DNA of 64,000 bases, from assembly GCA_900757505.1 (NCBI GenBank), contig CAAEOE010000013.1:29193-93192 (forward strand). The letters are read 5' to 3'. Position 1 is the stretch's first letter. Every line of letters begins with the position of its first letter. Below the pieces are notes generated by a model. It ran no database searches, was not told the DNA's origin, and was given only the letters and a program-made list of their open reading frames with translations. This DNA comes from an uncultured Collinsella sp. GTDB taxonomy: Bacteria > Actinomycetota > Coriobacteriia > Coriobacteriales > Coriobacteriaceae. Shown here piece after piece: positions 30,089-40,195 of the stretch. A program made the translations under genes and the position numbers.

Positions 30089-32653
30089 TTATCTGCCCTT
30101 AGGCTTGCTGGCGTAGAACGTCTTCTTTTTGGGCTTGCCGGCGGGGGAGGGTTTGCCGGCAAAGTTGGACTTGCCGTTGCCGGCCTGCGCGTGCGCGGGT
30201 ACTGCCGCACGGGGCTTGCGGGCCTCGGGGTTGCGCAGCTCCTCGGTTCGCTCGGCAATTTCCTCGGCGCTAAAGCCGACCTCGGCCATGGCGTCCTCGA
30301 TGGGCAGGCGGCGCACGATATAGCAATGGTGCACCTTCTGGTTGCGTGCGAAGTCCTCGGGGATGGTCTGCGCCGTAATGTCCTCCAGCACCACGCCCGC
30401 GCGTGCGAGCTTGCGTGTCTCGGGGCGGAAGCCTCGCAGGTTGCAGCTAAAGATGGCATGGCCGCCCTGTGCGAGCAGGCGCGATACGCCGGCCAACAGC
30501 TCAACATGGTCGCGCTGGACATCCCAGGTGCGGCGGCCCATCTTGGACGAGTTCGAGAACGTGGGCGGATCGACAAAAATCAGGTCCCAGCGGTTGCGCG
30601 TCTGGCGCTGGTCGCGAATCCAGGCGAGCACGTCGTCGCGCACAAAGTGATGCTGCGGACCCACAAAGCCGTTCTGGCGCATGTTGCGCTCGGCCCAGTC
30701 CAGGTAGGTGTTGGAGAGGTCGACCGTCACGGTTTCCTCGACGCCGCCGTCGGCCGCATAGCAGGTAGCGGTGCCGGTGTAGGCGAACAGGTTGAGGAAG
30801 CGGCGTGCCTGCTTGGCGTGCTCGCGCACCAGATCGCGCGTGACGCGGTGGTCCAAGAAGATGCCCACGTCCAGGTAGTCGTCAAAGTTGACGGCAAAGG
30901 TAAGACCGCCTTCCTCGATGAGCGGCAGGCGACGGCGCGCGATGTTGGCGCGCTCGCCCGAGCCGCCCTTGTCGGCGCCCTGCTTGCCGTACTGCGAGCC
31001 GCCGCGCGAACGCATGCGTGCCTTGGCGTGCACGTGCTCGGCCGGAACATCCAGGATGCGCGGCGCGATGGCCAAGATATCGAGCATGCGGGCCTGGGCC
31101 AGCGCCGGGTCGATGGTCTTGGGTGCGGCGTATTCGGCGATGACGAGCCAACGGCCCGGTGTCTGCGGGCAGCCCTCGTACAGGTCGATGGCGGCGGAGT
31201 AATCGGGCAGGTCGGCATCGTAGACGCGGTAGCAGCTCACGCCCTCGCGCTTGGCCCACTTGCGGCGCAGGCGTGCGTTCTTGCGCAGGCGGTTGGCGAA
31301 CTGCTCGGACTCGGGGATGAGCACGGGCAGCGGCTTGCCGTCGCCCAGGTCGAGCGTGGCAGCGGGCTCGGGCATGGCGGGGGCTTCGTCGCCGATGACG
31401 TCGTCGGCGACCGCGGTCTGCTCCTCGGCATCCGCGCTGGTCGCAGCTTCAAACGCTGCGGCGGCGTGGTCGAGCGAGGGCCAAACCTCGATAGTCGCCT
31501 CTTCGTTGTTGGGCATGACGGCAATGGAGCGCGCGGGCTCGGCATGGAGCGCGCGGGCCAGCAGGCCGTCGCGGGTGAGCGCGGCGACCGGTGCCGAAGC
31601 AAGCTCGGGCGCGCGGCGCAGCTCGCCGACCAGCGTCATGGCGTCATGCATAAGCGACAGCGGTGTCTCGGTCGTATCCGCGACGAGGACGGCACCGGCG
31701 ACGGCGCCCGCGTGGTCCAGTACGGTGGCAGATTTGGCGGCGCAAAAATCGACAAAGCGCTTGTAGCCGGCGCACTTGACCATGCACTCGGCGGTTTTGC
31801 GGGCGGCGGGGTCGATGTCTACGGCAACGATGCGCGCCTGGCGCTCGCGCGCCGCCGCCTCGCGCTCGCGTGCCTCGGCGAGCAGCTGCTCCCACAGAGT
31901 GGCGTCGTGCAGCTGCCAGCCCTCAAAGCCCCAGCGCTCGCGTGCGGCGCTCGGGGCGCGGTCGGTCAGAATGTTCACGGCCTCCAGCAGCAGGCCGCCG
32001 CCGGCGCACGAGGCGTCGATCAGCGTAGGTAGGGCCTCGTTTTCGTAGTCGTCGGCCGTCAGCTCGCGCTCGCACAGCGCGGTCCAGCCGACCTGCGCCA
32101 ACACCAGGGCGGCGTAGTCGGGGCGTAGCACGTGCGCGCCCTCGCCGGCGCGAGTCGCGGCGGGCGGCAGGCGCTTGAACAGCGGGTCGCCCGAAAGGTC
32201 CAGGCTTATGCTCGCACGGCGCTGGCGTAGCGAAAGCAGCAGGTGGACATCGGGGTCGGCAGCATCGACATCGGCGCGACGGCCTGTGGTCTCGGCCAGG
32301 CGATCGCACAATGCGTCCTTGGCGCGCAGGGCAGAGAAGCGCGTGTTGCGCAGCTGCTCGGTCACACCACGGGCAGTGATGGCAATGGTGGCGCCGCAGC
32401 GGACGATGTTTTCCCAGGCAATGTCGTAAACGGCATCGTACAGCTCGTCGGCATCCTGTGCCTCAAAGCGTCCGAGCACCACAAACACGCGGCTGGCCAG
32501 GCGCGACCACAGACAGGCGCGGTAGCCTTCTTCGAGCTCGCCCTCAAACGTAGCGCGGCCCTTCAGGCGGCGGACATGCGAAAGCCCGAGCCACTTGAGC
32601 TCGTCGGCGAGTGCGGATTCAAAGCCCTCGGGGCAGCTTGCATAAAATTCCAT
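30089..32653 (-). CDS. rlmKL: Bifunctional 23S rRNA methyltransferase RlmKL
   Basis: THUMP-type N-part (CLWSRLASRV), YRVYDADLPDY, GIFLDHR, LNLFAYTG, DPPTFSNS. Confidence 0.88.
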   Translation of the reverse strand: MEFYASCPEGFESALADELKWLGLSHVRRLKGRATFEGELEEGYRACLWSRLASRVFVVLGRFEAQDADELYDAVYDIAWENIVRCGATIAITARGVTEQLRNTRFSALRAKDALCDRLAETTGRRADVDAADPDVHLLLSLRQRRASISLDLSGDPLFKRLPPAATRAGEGAHVLRPDYAALVLAQVGWTALCERELTADDYENEALPTLIDASCAGGGLLLEAVNILTDRAPSAARERWGFEGWQLHDATLWEQLLAEAREREAAARERQARIVAVDIDPAARKTAECMVKCAGYKRFVDFCAAKSATVLDHAGAVAGAVLVADTTETPLSLMHDAMTLVGELRRAPELASAPVAALTRDGLLARALHAEPARSIAVMPNNEEATIEVWPSLDHAAAAFEAATSADAEEQTAVADDVIGDEAPAMPEPAATLDLGDGKPLPVLIPESEQFANRLRKNARLRRKWAKREGVSCYRVYDADLPDYSAAIDLYEGCPQTPGRWLVIAEYAAPKTIDPALAQARMLDILAIAPRILDVPAEHVHAKARMRSRGGSQYGKQGADKGGSGERANIARRRLPLIEEGGLTFAVNFDDYLDVGIFLDHRVTRDLVREHAKQARRFLNLFAYTGTATCYAADGGVEETVTVDLSNTYLDWAERNMRQNGFVGPQHHFVRDDVLAWIRDQRQTRNRWDLIFVDPPTFSNSSKMGRRTWDVQRDHVELLAGVSRLLAQGGHAIFSCNLRGFRPETRKLARAGVVLEDITAQTIPEDFARNQKVHHCYIVRRLPIEDAMAEVGFSAEEIAERTEELRNPEARKPRAAVPAHAQAGNGKSNFAGKPSPAGKPKKKTFYASKPKGR

Positions 32654-32728
32654 GGGTGACCTCTCTGGTTGCGTCGCTCCATTATATGATGGATGCTTCG
32701 TTTGCCATCGACCTCGAAAGGAACCCAT

Positions 32729-33556
32729 ATGATTGATGCGTGCCCCGATTCCGCTGTGCTCTTTTTTGACGTGGACGGCACGCTGACGTCGTTCGACCCC
32801 GACGATATGACCGATAAGGACTTCAATGCAATCCATCCGTCGAAGGCTGTTGTCGATGCATTTGGTCGTCTGCGCAATGCGGGTCACCAGGCATTTATCT
32901 GCACGGGCCGTCCCTTGTGGCTGGTTGCCGATGGCCTGCGTGCGCTGAACCCGGTGGGAATCGTTGCCATGGCGGGCGCCACGCTCGAGGTCGAGGGACG
33001 CGTGGTGCACGAGGATTGCATTGACGAAGACATTGTTGAGGAGCTCGCGCGCCGCATTACTGTGGCGGGCGGCGAGGCGTTGTTCGAGACGAACGGTGCC
33101 ACCTATTCACTTGAGCCAGTTGGTGTCGAACAGTCATTTCTGCTAGGCGCCGGCGTGGTGCATGGCGTTGATCAGATGCGCGTCGATGGCTGCTTGCACG
33201 TAGGCAAGGTGTGCATTAACGCGTGCAACCTGGCTCGCGTAGCCAACGATGACGGCTTTATCGATCGCAACTTTGAGCTGTGCAATACTGGCGGCCAGAA
33301 CCGCGAGCTGAGTCCCAAGGGCATCGACAAGGGCGTGGGCGTGGCGCGAGCGCTGGAATACCTAGGTCGCACCGGCAACGCGCGCACCTTTGGCTTTGGC
33401 GATTCCGGCAACGATCTGGGTATGCTCGCCGCTGTCGAGACGGCTGTCGCCATGGGCAACGCCATGCCCGAGGTCAAGGCGATCGCCGACTACGTGACCG
33501 ACGATGTCGCACACGACGGCACCGTCACGGCCATGCGCCACTTTGGGTTGATCTAG
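32729..33556 (+). CDS. Cof-type HAD hydrolase
   Basis: FFDVDGTL, CTGRP, GFGDSGND, AMGNA. Confidence 0.9.
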   Translation: MIDACPDSAVLFFDVDGTLTSFDPDDMTDKDFNAIHPSKAVVDAFGRLRNAGHQAFICTGRPLWLVADGLRALNPVGIVAMAGATLEVEGRVVHEDCIDEDIVEELARRITVAGGEALFETNGATYSLEPVGVEQSFLLGAGVVHGVDQMRVDGCLHVGKVCINACNLARVANDDGFIDRNFELCNTGGQNRELSPKGIDKGVGVARALEYLGRTGNARTFGFGDSGNDLGMLAAVETAVAMGNAMPEVKAIADYVTDDVAHDGTVTAMRHFGLI

Positions 33557-33845
33557 CGCTGCGCGCGTCCCAGCCACCGCATCTCGCCGTTCAAGCCGTC
33601 GCTCGCGTACCAAAGTACGCATCGCTCCTCTTTCACGGCGACCTGCGGCACTTGGAACACGCTCGCTGACGTTTGCTCAAACTGAGACTTTCTACTTTTG
33701 CATGCTCAACCGATTTATCAATCCAAACACTGAGGTGTTTATACCGTTCGCCGAGAAGATAAAAACCCGCAGCTCACGCCTTGATAAACATAGGTAAAGT
33801 GTTTAGCAGTTTACCGGCCTTGTGCAAACGGAAGGAATCAGGCAG

Positions 33846-34550
33846 ATGGCAATCAAGGTGTTCGCTGACGGTGCAAACCTCGAGGGCATGCTCGACATGT
33901 ACGAGAACGGCAACGTTCAGGGTTTCACGACCAACCCGTCCCTTATGAAGAAGGGCGGCGTGACGGATTACCGTGCGTTTGCCAAGGAGGTTCTGGCCCA
34001 CATCACCGATGTGTCCGTGTCGTTTGAGGTCTTTGCCGACGACGTCGAGACCATGGAGATCGAGGCCCGCGAGATCGCTACCTGGGCCGAGAACGTCTAT
34101 GTCAAGATTCCGTGCGTGACCACCAAGGGCGAGTCCACGGCCGAGTTGGTGCGCAAGCTTTCCGCCGACGGCATTAAGGTCAACGTCACCACCATCTTTA
34201 CGCCTGCGCAGGTCGACGAGATGGTCGACGCTGTCGACGCCGAGACGCCGTCCATCATCTCGCTCTTTGCCGGCCGTATCGCCGACACGGGTGTCGATCC
34301 CATTCCGTTTATGACGGAGTCGGTCAAGAAGGCCGCCGCCAAGCCCAACTGCGAGGTCCTGTGGGCGTCCACGCGCGAGCTTATCAACATTTACCAGGCG
34401 CAGGCCTGCGGCTGTCAGATCATCACGGTGCCCAACAGCATCCTGGCCAAGCGCAAGAACATCGGTCGCGATCCGTACGAGGTCTCGCTCGATACCGTGC
34501 GCGGTTTTGCCAAGGATATCGCCTCGCTAGGCTTCCATATCCTGCCGTAA
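33846..34550 (+). CDS. tal: Transaldolase / fructose-6-phosphate aldolase family protein
   Basis: GFTTNPSL, YVKIP, VNVTTIF, FAGRIAD, LWAS.R. Confidence 0.88.
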   Translation: MAIKVFADGANLEGMLDMYENGNVQGFTTNPSLMKKGGVTDYRAFAKEVLAHITDVSVSFEVFADDVETMEIEAREIATWAENVYVKIPCVTTKGESTAELVRKLSADGIKVNVTTIFTPAQVDEMVDAVDAETPSIISLFAGRIADTGVDPIPFMTESVKKAAAKPNCEVLWASTRELINIYQAQACGCQIITVPNSILAKRKNIGRDPYEVSLDTVRGFAKDIASLGFHILP

Positions 34551-34580
34551 CGCGAACACTGGCTGCGCCGCGGGTTGTTC

Positions 34581-34652
34581 GCCCCGGCCTTTCCTTTCCC
34601 TATCGCTCACGCGCTTCGCGAGGGTCGCGCTAGGCAAAGGAAAGGCCGGGGC
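34581..34652. repeat. Palindromic element downstream of tal
   Basis: 17-bp perfect arms gccccggcctttccttt / aaaggaaaggccggggc. Confidence 0.75.
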
Positions 34653-34680
34653 TGCCGACACGAACCCGTCGGTAGGTCCT

Positions 34681-34905
34681 GAGCTGAATCGCTACCTTTA
34701 TTCCGATGGGGGTCGGCAGTGCTACCCCGCCAACTGTCTCGGGCAGTAATGGGGCTGGGCTCGGATGGCAACGCCGCGTGCCACTGGCGGCTTCGTTCGC
34801 CGGATGACGATTCGTGTTACGCGGCCGGCGTCACCTCGGACGGCGGCGTGGGCTCCGACGGCATCGCGTGGACAACGCGGTTCCGCATTATGGATCAACC
34901 TGTAA
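34681..34905 (+). pseudogene. Frameshifted C-terminal remnant of a DUF6273-like protein (DGR-target type)
   Basis: Read across frameshifts: ELNRYLYSDGGRQCYP / DGNAACHWRLRSPDDDSCYAAGVTSDGGV / RVDNAV / ALWINL*. This matches the W.LRSP...A.V..DG.V...VRPALWINL pattern. Confidence 0.6.
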
Positions 34906-34957
34906 TCTAATGATCTTCTAATCCATATCTATCAAGTATCGAAAACGATCCGGCCCC

Positions 34958-35113
34958 GAGTTGGCAGTCATAGCCAGGGCAAAGGACCCTGCCGGCTATG
35001 TGTTCGGGGCGACGCGCAAGTCGCCCAAGACCCTTCGATTATCCTTTGTTCCGCGCATGCAAGATCTCATGCTTGACGTGGTTGAACAGCTCTACCGGGC
35101 AAACGAGGTCTTT
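34958..35113 (+). pseudogene. avd: N-terminal fragment of an Avd-like four-helix-bundle protein
   Basis: ELAVIARAKD...ATRKSPKTLRLSFVPRMQDLMLDVVEQLYRANEVF. Similarity ends before palindromic DNA at about 35198-35242. Confidence 0.6.
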
Positions 35114-35434
35114 GCGGCTCGTGCCCATAAGTGTCCCACCAACAGAAATCGAGATATTCGGCCTCAGAGTGCCGTCAAGATTGCCAATATGGCTGAAAAA
35201 CGTCCCGTACCGCACCTCTGCGGGTGCAGATATGGGACGTTTGTGGAATATCTGATGCCTATTTGTTGAGCTTGCACTTTGAAGAAGTGTTATCGCGGCC
35301 CAGCGAGGCCGAATACCTCAATAATTGCAGGTGATGATTAGCGGAAACGGCGTCTCGCACTTCGGGATATCGCCAAATCGTTTTAGAAGGAGAGGCGCTC
35401 GGCGGAATGGGGCCCGCCGAGCGCCTGCAGCGGC

Positions 35435-37582
35435 TTATTTGCCCCGCACCATGGTGAGGGAGATCTTTTTGCGGTCGCGATCGACCTTTTCTACCCATAC
35501 CTTCACCGTGTCGCCGACGCGCACCACGTCGCTGGGGTGCTTGACGAAGCGGCTGGCCAGCTTGGAGATGTGCACGAGGCCGTCCTGGTGCACGCCCACG
35601 TCGACGAAGGCGCCAAAGTCGACGACGTTGCGCACCGTGCCCTTGAGCTCCATGCCGGGCTCCAGGTCGTCAATAGAAAGTGCCGAGCGGCTAAAGACCA
35701 CCTCGGGCGCGTCGTCGCGCGGGTCGCGACCGGGCTTCTTGAGCTTGTTGACAATGTCGATGAGCGTCAGGGTGCCACAGTCCAGGTCGCTTGCCAGCGC
35801 CGAGATGCTGCCCAGGCGGCGCTCGATGTCGGGCACGCCACCGCGGCTGAGCTCGCTGGCTTTAACGCCTGCGCGCTCTAGGACGGACGTGGCCACCTCG
35901 TAGCTCTCGGGGTGGACGCTTGTCGCGTCGAGCGGGTTCTTGCCGCCGCTGATGCGCAGGAAGCCCGCGGCGTTGAGGTATGCCTTGGGTCCCAGCTTGG
36001 GGACCTTCTTGAGCTGGCGGCGATCGGTAAAGGCGCCGTTTTCCTCGCGGTATGCCACGATGTTCTTGGCCACGCTCGGCGTAATGCCCGACACGTAGCC
36101 CAGCAGGCTCGCGCTCGCGGTGTTGACGTCGACGCCCACGCGGTTGACGACGTCTTCCACCACGTGGCCCAGGGTGCGCGAGAGTTCGGCCTGGTCAAGG
36201 TCGTGCTGGTACTGGCCCACGCCGATGGACTGGGGCGGAATCTTGACGAGCTCTGCCAGCGGGTCTTGCAGACGGCGGCCCAGGCTCATGGCGCCACGCA
36301 CGGTGACGTCCAGGTCGGGATACTCTTGGCTCGCGAGCTCGGAGGCCGAGTACACCGACGCGCCGGCTTCGTTGACGATGGTGTAGCGAAGGCTGGGCGC
36401 CTGCTCGGCAATGAACTCCGAGACGACTTCCTCGGTCTCGCGGCTGGCGGTGCCGTTGCCGATGACGATGGTGTTGACGCCGTCCTTTTTGACGAGGCGG
36501 GCGAGCTCGCGCTTGGTGCCAGCGACGTCGTGGCGCGGCTTGGTGGGGTAGACCACGCCGTGGTCGAGCAGCTTGCCGGTCTCGTCCATGACGGCGACCT
36601 TGCAGCCGGTGCGGTAGCCCGGGTCGAGCGCGAGCACGCGGGCACCGTGCACGGGGCGTGCCGAGAGCAGGCCCTCGAGATTCTTGGCAAAGACGTTGAT
36701 GGCCTCGGTCTGAGCGCGGACGGTGAGTTTGGCGCGGGCCTCGCGCTCCAGCGAGGGGGCCATGAGACGCTTGTAACCGTCGGCGATAGCGGCGTCAAAG
36801 ACGGGCGCGAACACGCCCTGGCGACGGGGCCAGCGGCTGCCGAGGCGCGCCGTGGCGGCAGCGCCGTCGACGTTCACGCGCACGCGGAGTTTGCCCTCGC
36901 GCTCACCGCGGTCGATAGCCAGCACGCGGTGGTTGGGAATACGGCGCAGCGGCTCGTCAAAGTTGTAGTAGGGCTCGTAGGGGGTCTTCTCGGCGGGGTC
37001 GGTTGCCTCGACGACGATGTCGGCGGTGTTTTGCGTAAAGGCGCGCAGTTCGGCGACGTTCTCGGGGTCCTCGGCTACCGTCTCGGCCACGATGTCAGCG
37101 GCGCCAGCGAGCGCCTTCTCGGGCGTGTCGAAGCCGGCCTCCTCGTTGACGTATGCCGCGGCGGCGTCGAGCGCGCTGCCCTTGGCCGAGGCCTGCATGA
37201 TGACCATGTTGGCAAGCGGCTCCAGACCTGCCTCGCGGGCCTTCTGCGCGCGGGTCATGCGCTTTTTACGGTAGGGCTTGTAGAGGTCTTCGACGCGCTG
37301 GAGCTGTGTGGCCTCGCGAATCTGCTGCTCGAGCTCGGGCGTGAGTTTGCCCTGGGCGTCGATGAGCAGGATGACGTCCTCTTTACGCTGTTCAAGATTG
37401 CGCAGGTAGGACAGGCGCTCGTCGAGCGCGCGCAGGGCAACGTCGTCCATGCCGCCCGTTGCTTCCTTGCGGTAGCGCGAGATAAAGGGGATGGTGTTGC
37501 CCTCGTCGATGAGCTTGACGGCTGCCTCGACGTTGGCGGCCTTAAGGTTGAGCTCGCGGGCGAGCTGGGCGATAAGATCCAT
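35435..37582 (-). CDS. tex: Tex/YhgF transcription accessory protein
   Basis: GNTIPFISRYRKEATG, DPGYRTGCK, GVGQYQHD, C-terminal S1 domain. Confidence 0.95.
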   Translation of the reverse strand: MDLIAQLARELNLKAANVEAAVKLIDEGNTIPFISRYRKEATGGMDDVALRALDERLSYLRNLEQRKEDVILLIDAQGKLTPELEQQIREATQLQRVEDLYKPYRKKRMTRAQKAREAGLEPLANMVIMQASAKGSALDAAAAYVNEEAGFDTPEKALAGAADIVAETVAEDPENVAELRAFTQNTADIVVEATDPAEKTPYEPYYNFDEPLRRIPNHRVLAIDRGEREGKLRVRVNVDGAAATARLGSRWPRRQGVFAPVFDAAIADGYKRLMAPSLEREARAKLTVRAQTEAINVFAKNLEGLLSARPVHGARVLALDPGYRTGCKVAVMDETGKLLDHGVVYPTKPRHDVAGTKRELARLVKKDGVNTIVIGNGTASRETEEVVSEFIAEQAPSLRYTIVNEAGASVYSASELASQEYPDLDVTVRGAMSLGRRLQDPLAELVKIPPQSIGVGQYQHDLDQAELSRTLGHVVEDVVNRVGVDVNTASASLLGYVSGITPSVAKNIVAYREENGAFTDRRQLKKVPKLGPKAYLNAAGFLRISGGKNPLDATSVHPESYEVATSVLERAGVKASELSRGGVPDIERRLGSISALASDLDCGTLTLIDIVNKLKKPGRDPRDDAPEVVFSRSALSIDDLEPGMELKGTVRNVVDFGAFVDVGVHQDGLVHISKLASRFVKHPSDVVRVGDTVKVWVEKVDRDRKKISLTMVRGK

Positions 37583-37764
37583 GGAACTTCCTGTCTGTGA
37601 GTACGTTACAGGTGCATGAGCCACCCAGTCTACCACCCGCCCGCGCCGCGGCTGCAAAGAAAGCCCCGCGGGCAGGAGGCTGCTCGCGGGGCAAAGAAGA
37701 GGGGCTTGTTGGTGGCGGACCGAAGGGTTCGCATGGGGCTTCTGCCGCGGTCTGCCCTAAGGCG

Positions 37765-38805
37765 TTACAGCTCGACGAGCTGGCCGGTTTCGGCGGCCTC
37801 TTTGATGGCGTTGAGAAGCGTGAGCGTCTTGACGTTATCGGCGGGGGTCACGACGGGCTCGACCTCGCGGCGGACAACCTTCACAAAGTGCTTGAGCTGC
37901 ATCTTGTGCGGCAGCGCCGGGTCCACGGCCGGGATCTCCATCTGCAGCGGCTTGTGCCAGTTAGAGGCGCCGTCGTAGGAGAACTGGTGCAGGCGGGGCA
38001 GCGAAAGGGCGCCCTTGGTGCCGCCGATAAAGTAAGCGTCAGCGTCGAAGGGACGGTACTGCGGGTCCTCGCGAGCGGTCGCCTCCCAGTTCCAGGGGCT
38101 GGCGGTGGCGTCGGAAATGGTCATGCTCGCGAGCGCGCCGTCGGCAAAGCGGACGTTGACCACGGCGGAGTCCTCGGTCTCAAAACCGCGGGCGGCGCTG
38201 GACTGCATGCCCTGGACGGCGACGGGATCGCCCAGCAGGTAGCGGAGCAGGTCGACGTCGTGCACCAGGTTGACCAGGATCGGGCCGGCACCCTTCTTGC
38301 GGCGCCACTCGACATCGAAGTACTCGTCGTTCTTATAGATCATGTAGTGGAAACTCGACACGGTGAGCTTGCCCAACTCGCCGGACTCGATGATCTCCTT
38401 GGCCTTGTTCACAAACGGGTTGTGGCGACGGTGCTGACCCACGAGCACGGGCACGCCGGCGGTCTCGGCCTCGGCGGCGAAGGCCTGGGCATCCTCGAGA
38501 TCGTTGGAGATTGGCTTTTCGACCAGCGGCACGATGTTGCGCTTGATGGCCTCGCGGGCAACGCCCAGGTGCAGGTCGTTGGGGGTGGCGATGATGACGG
38601 CCTCGGGCTTGACCTCGTCCATCATCTGGGCGGGATCGGTAAAGAACGGCACGCCGGCGGCCTCGGCCGTGGCGCGGGCGCCCTCAAAGGCGTCGGCGAT
38701 GGCGACGAGTTCGGCCTCGGGCTCCTCGGTGACAAAGCGGATGTGGTTGCGGCCCATGGCGCCGGCGCCGATAACGGCAATGCGGGCGGGGTTGAGCTCA
38801 GACAT
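37765..38805 (-). CDS. Gfo/Idh/MocA oxidoreductase
   Basis: IGAGAMG, IATPNDLH, VEKP, HDVDLL. Confidence 0.92.
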   Translation of the reverse strand: MSELNPARIAVIGAGAMGRNHIRFVTEEPEAELVAIADAFEGARATAEAAGVPFFTDPAQMMDEVKPEAVIIATPNDLHLGVAREAIKRNIVPLVEKPISNDLEDAQAFAAEAETAGVPVLVGQHRRHNPFVNKAKEIIESGELGKLTVSSFHYMIYKNDEYFDVEWRRKKGAGPILVNLVHDVDLLRYLLGDPVAVQGMQSSAARGFETEDSAVVNVRFADGALASMTISDATASPWNWEATAREDPQYRPFDADAYFIGGTKGALSLPRLHQFSYDGASNWHKPLQMEIPAVDPALPHKMQLKHFVKVVRREVEPVVTPADNVKTLTLLNAIKEAAETGQLVEL

Positions 38806-38872
38806 TTCGACTCCTTAATGCTGGTGGCTTGGAATGTGACAAAAGGGCTGCCCCTTTGTCGCATCGGTAAAA

Positions 38873-40129
38873 CTAGGCGGACTTCTTCTTGCTGTCGGAG
38901 ACCATCATGTAGACGGTGAGCACGACGGCGATGGCGGCGATTACGATGGCGCCGTAGAAGGACTGCTGGTAGGCGGCGCTGCCGGCCTCGGCGTGATACA
39001 GCACAGCGGTGATGGGCTGGCTGATCCAGGTGGAAGCGGCATAGCCCAAGAACATGATGCCGTAGTTGACGCCGATGTTGCTGGTACCAAAGGCGCCACC
39101 GGTGAGCGGCGGGTAGATGACGAGCAGGGCGCCAAAGCTAAAGCCGAGCAGGGCGAGCGCAACAAAGAACATGCTCTGCGTAAAGCTCATCGACATGATG
39201 ACGAGCGCGACGATGGTGACGACAAGGCTGATGAGCAGCGACTTGTAGGCGCCGAGCTTGTCGATGATCTGGCCGAAGGACAGGCGGCCGACCAGGTTGG
39301 CGCAGGTGTTGACGGAGACGACCACGCCGCCGAGGGCGACGGCCGCAGCGCTCGTGGGGTCGGCGAAGAGCTGGACGGCGGCGATGGAGGCAACCTTGCC
39401 CACGAGCAGGGTGCCCGCGGTGGCGGCAAAGGCGAAGGTGACGATGAGGACCCAGAAGCGCGGGGTCTTGACCATCTCGCCCGGGGTGAGGTCGCCGAAG
39501 GTGCCGGCGTGCGCGCCGCCCTTGGGGGCCTCGAAGCCCTCGGGCAGCCAACCGGCCTCGGGGGCCTTCAGGAACAGGGCGGAGGCGGCGATCATCACAA
39601 AGAAGATGACGCCGAGTGCCTTAAGGGCGCCAAAGATGCCCAGGCTCGGGATGAGCAGCGAGGCGAGCACCGGGGACAGCACGGCGGGACCGGCGGTCGA
39701 AGCGGCCAGGGTGATGCCGGAGGCGAGGCCCTTCTTGTCGATGAACCACTTTTGGCCGGTGGTGAGCGCGGGGTTGTAACCCAGGCCGTTGCCGATGGCG
39801 GCGACGAGCGAGAACCACAGGTAGAACTGCCACGGCTCGGTGACGGTGCCGGACATGAACCAGCCCAGGCCGTAGCACGCGGCGGCGGCGATCACGACGT
39901 TGCGCGGGCCGATCTTATCGGAGATGCGGCCGGCGAAGATGCCCGTCACGGCCATGATGGTCTGAAAGACCGGGAAGGCCCAGGTAAGAGCGCTGGACCA
40001 CTCGGGGTAGACGGCGAGCAGGTTCTTGCTCACGACGGAATACAGCGCGATGGAGCTGATGAAGAACATGGTGACGCACGCGGCGGAAAGCACGACGGCG
40101 CGACCCTTGTTGGAGTTGGTGGAAGCCAT
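38873..40129 (-). CDS. MFS transporter, OFA/YhjX-like
   Basis: About 12 TM helices; GRISDKIGPR, KWFIDKKGLASG, GVNYGIMF. Confidence 0.88.
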   Translation of the reverse strand: MASTNSNKGRAVVLSAACVTMFFISSIALYSVVSKNLLAVYPEWSSALTWAFPVFQTIMAVTGIFAGRISDKIGPRNVVIAAAACYGLGWFMSGTVTEPWQFYLWFSLVAAIGNGLGYNPALTTGQKWFIDKKGLASGITLAASTAGPAVLSPVLASLLIPSLGIFGALKALGVIFFVMIAASALFLKAPEAGWLPEGFEAPKGGAHAGTFGDLTPGEMVKTPRFWVLIVTFAFAATAGTLLVGKVASIAAVQLFADPTSAAAVALGGVVVSVNTCANLVGRLSFGQIIDKLGAYKSLLISLVVTIVALVIMSMSFTQSMFFVALALLGFSFGALLVIYPPLTGGAFGTSNIGVNYGIMFLGYAASTWISQPITAVLYHAEAGSAAYQQSFYGAIVIAAIAVVLTVYMMVSDSKKKSA

Positions 40130-40195
40130 TGGACTCTTTCTAATCGATACGGGGGAGGAACAGGCGTGTCCGCGGGTCCTCCCTGTCGGGCTGCT

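Noticed and set aside
34681..35430. Active DGR
   Set aside because: No reverse transcriptase or template repeat seen, and both recognisable genes are broken.
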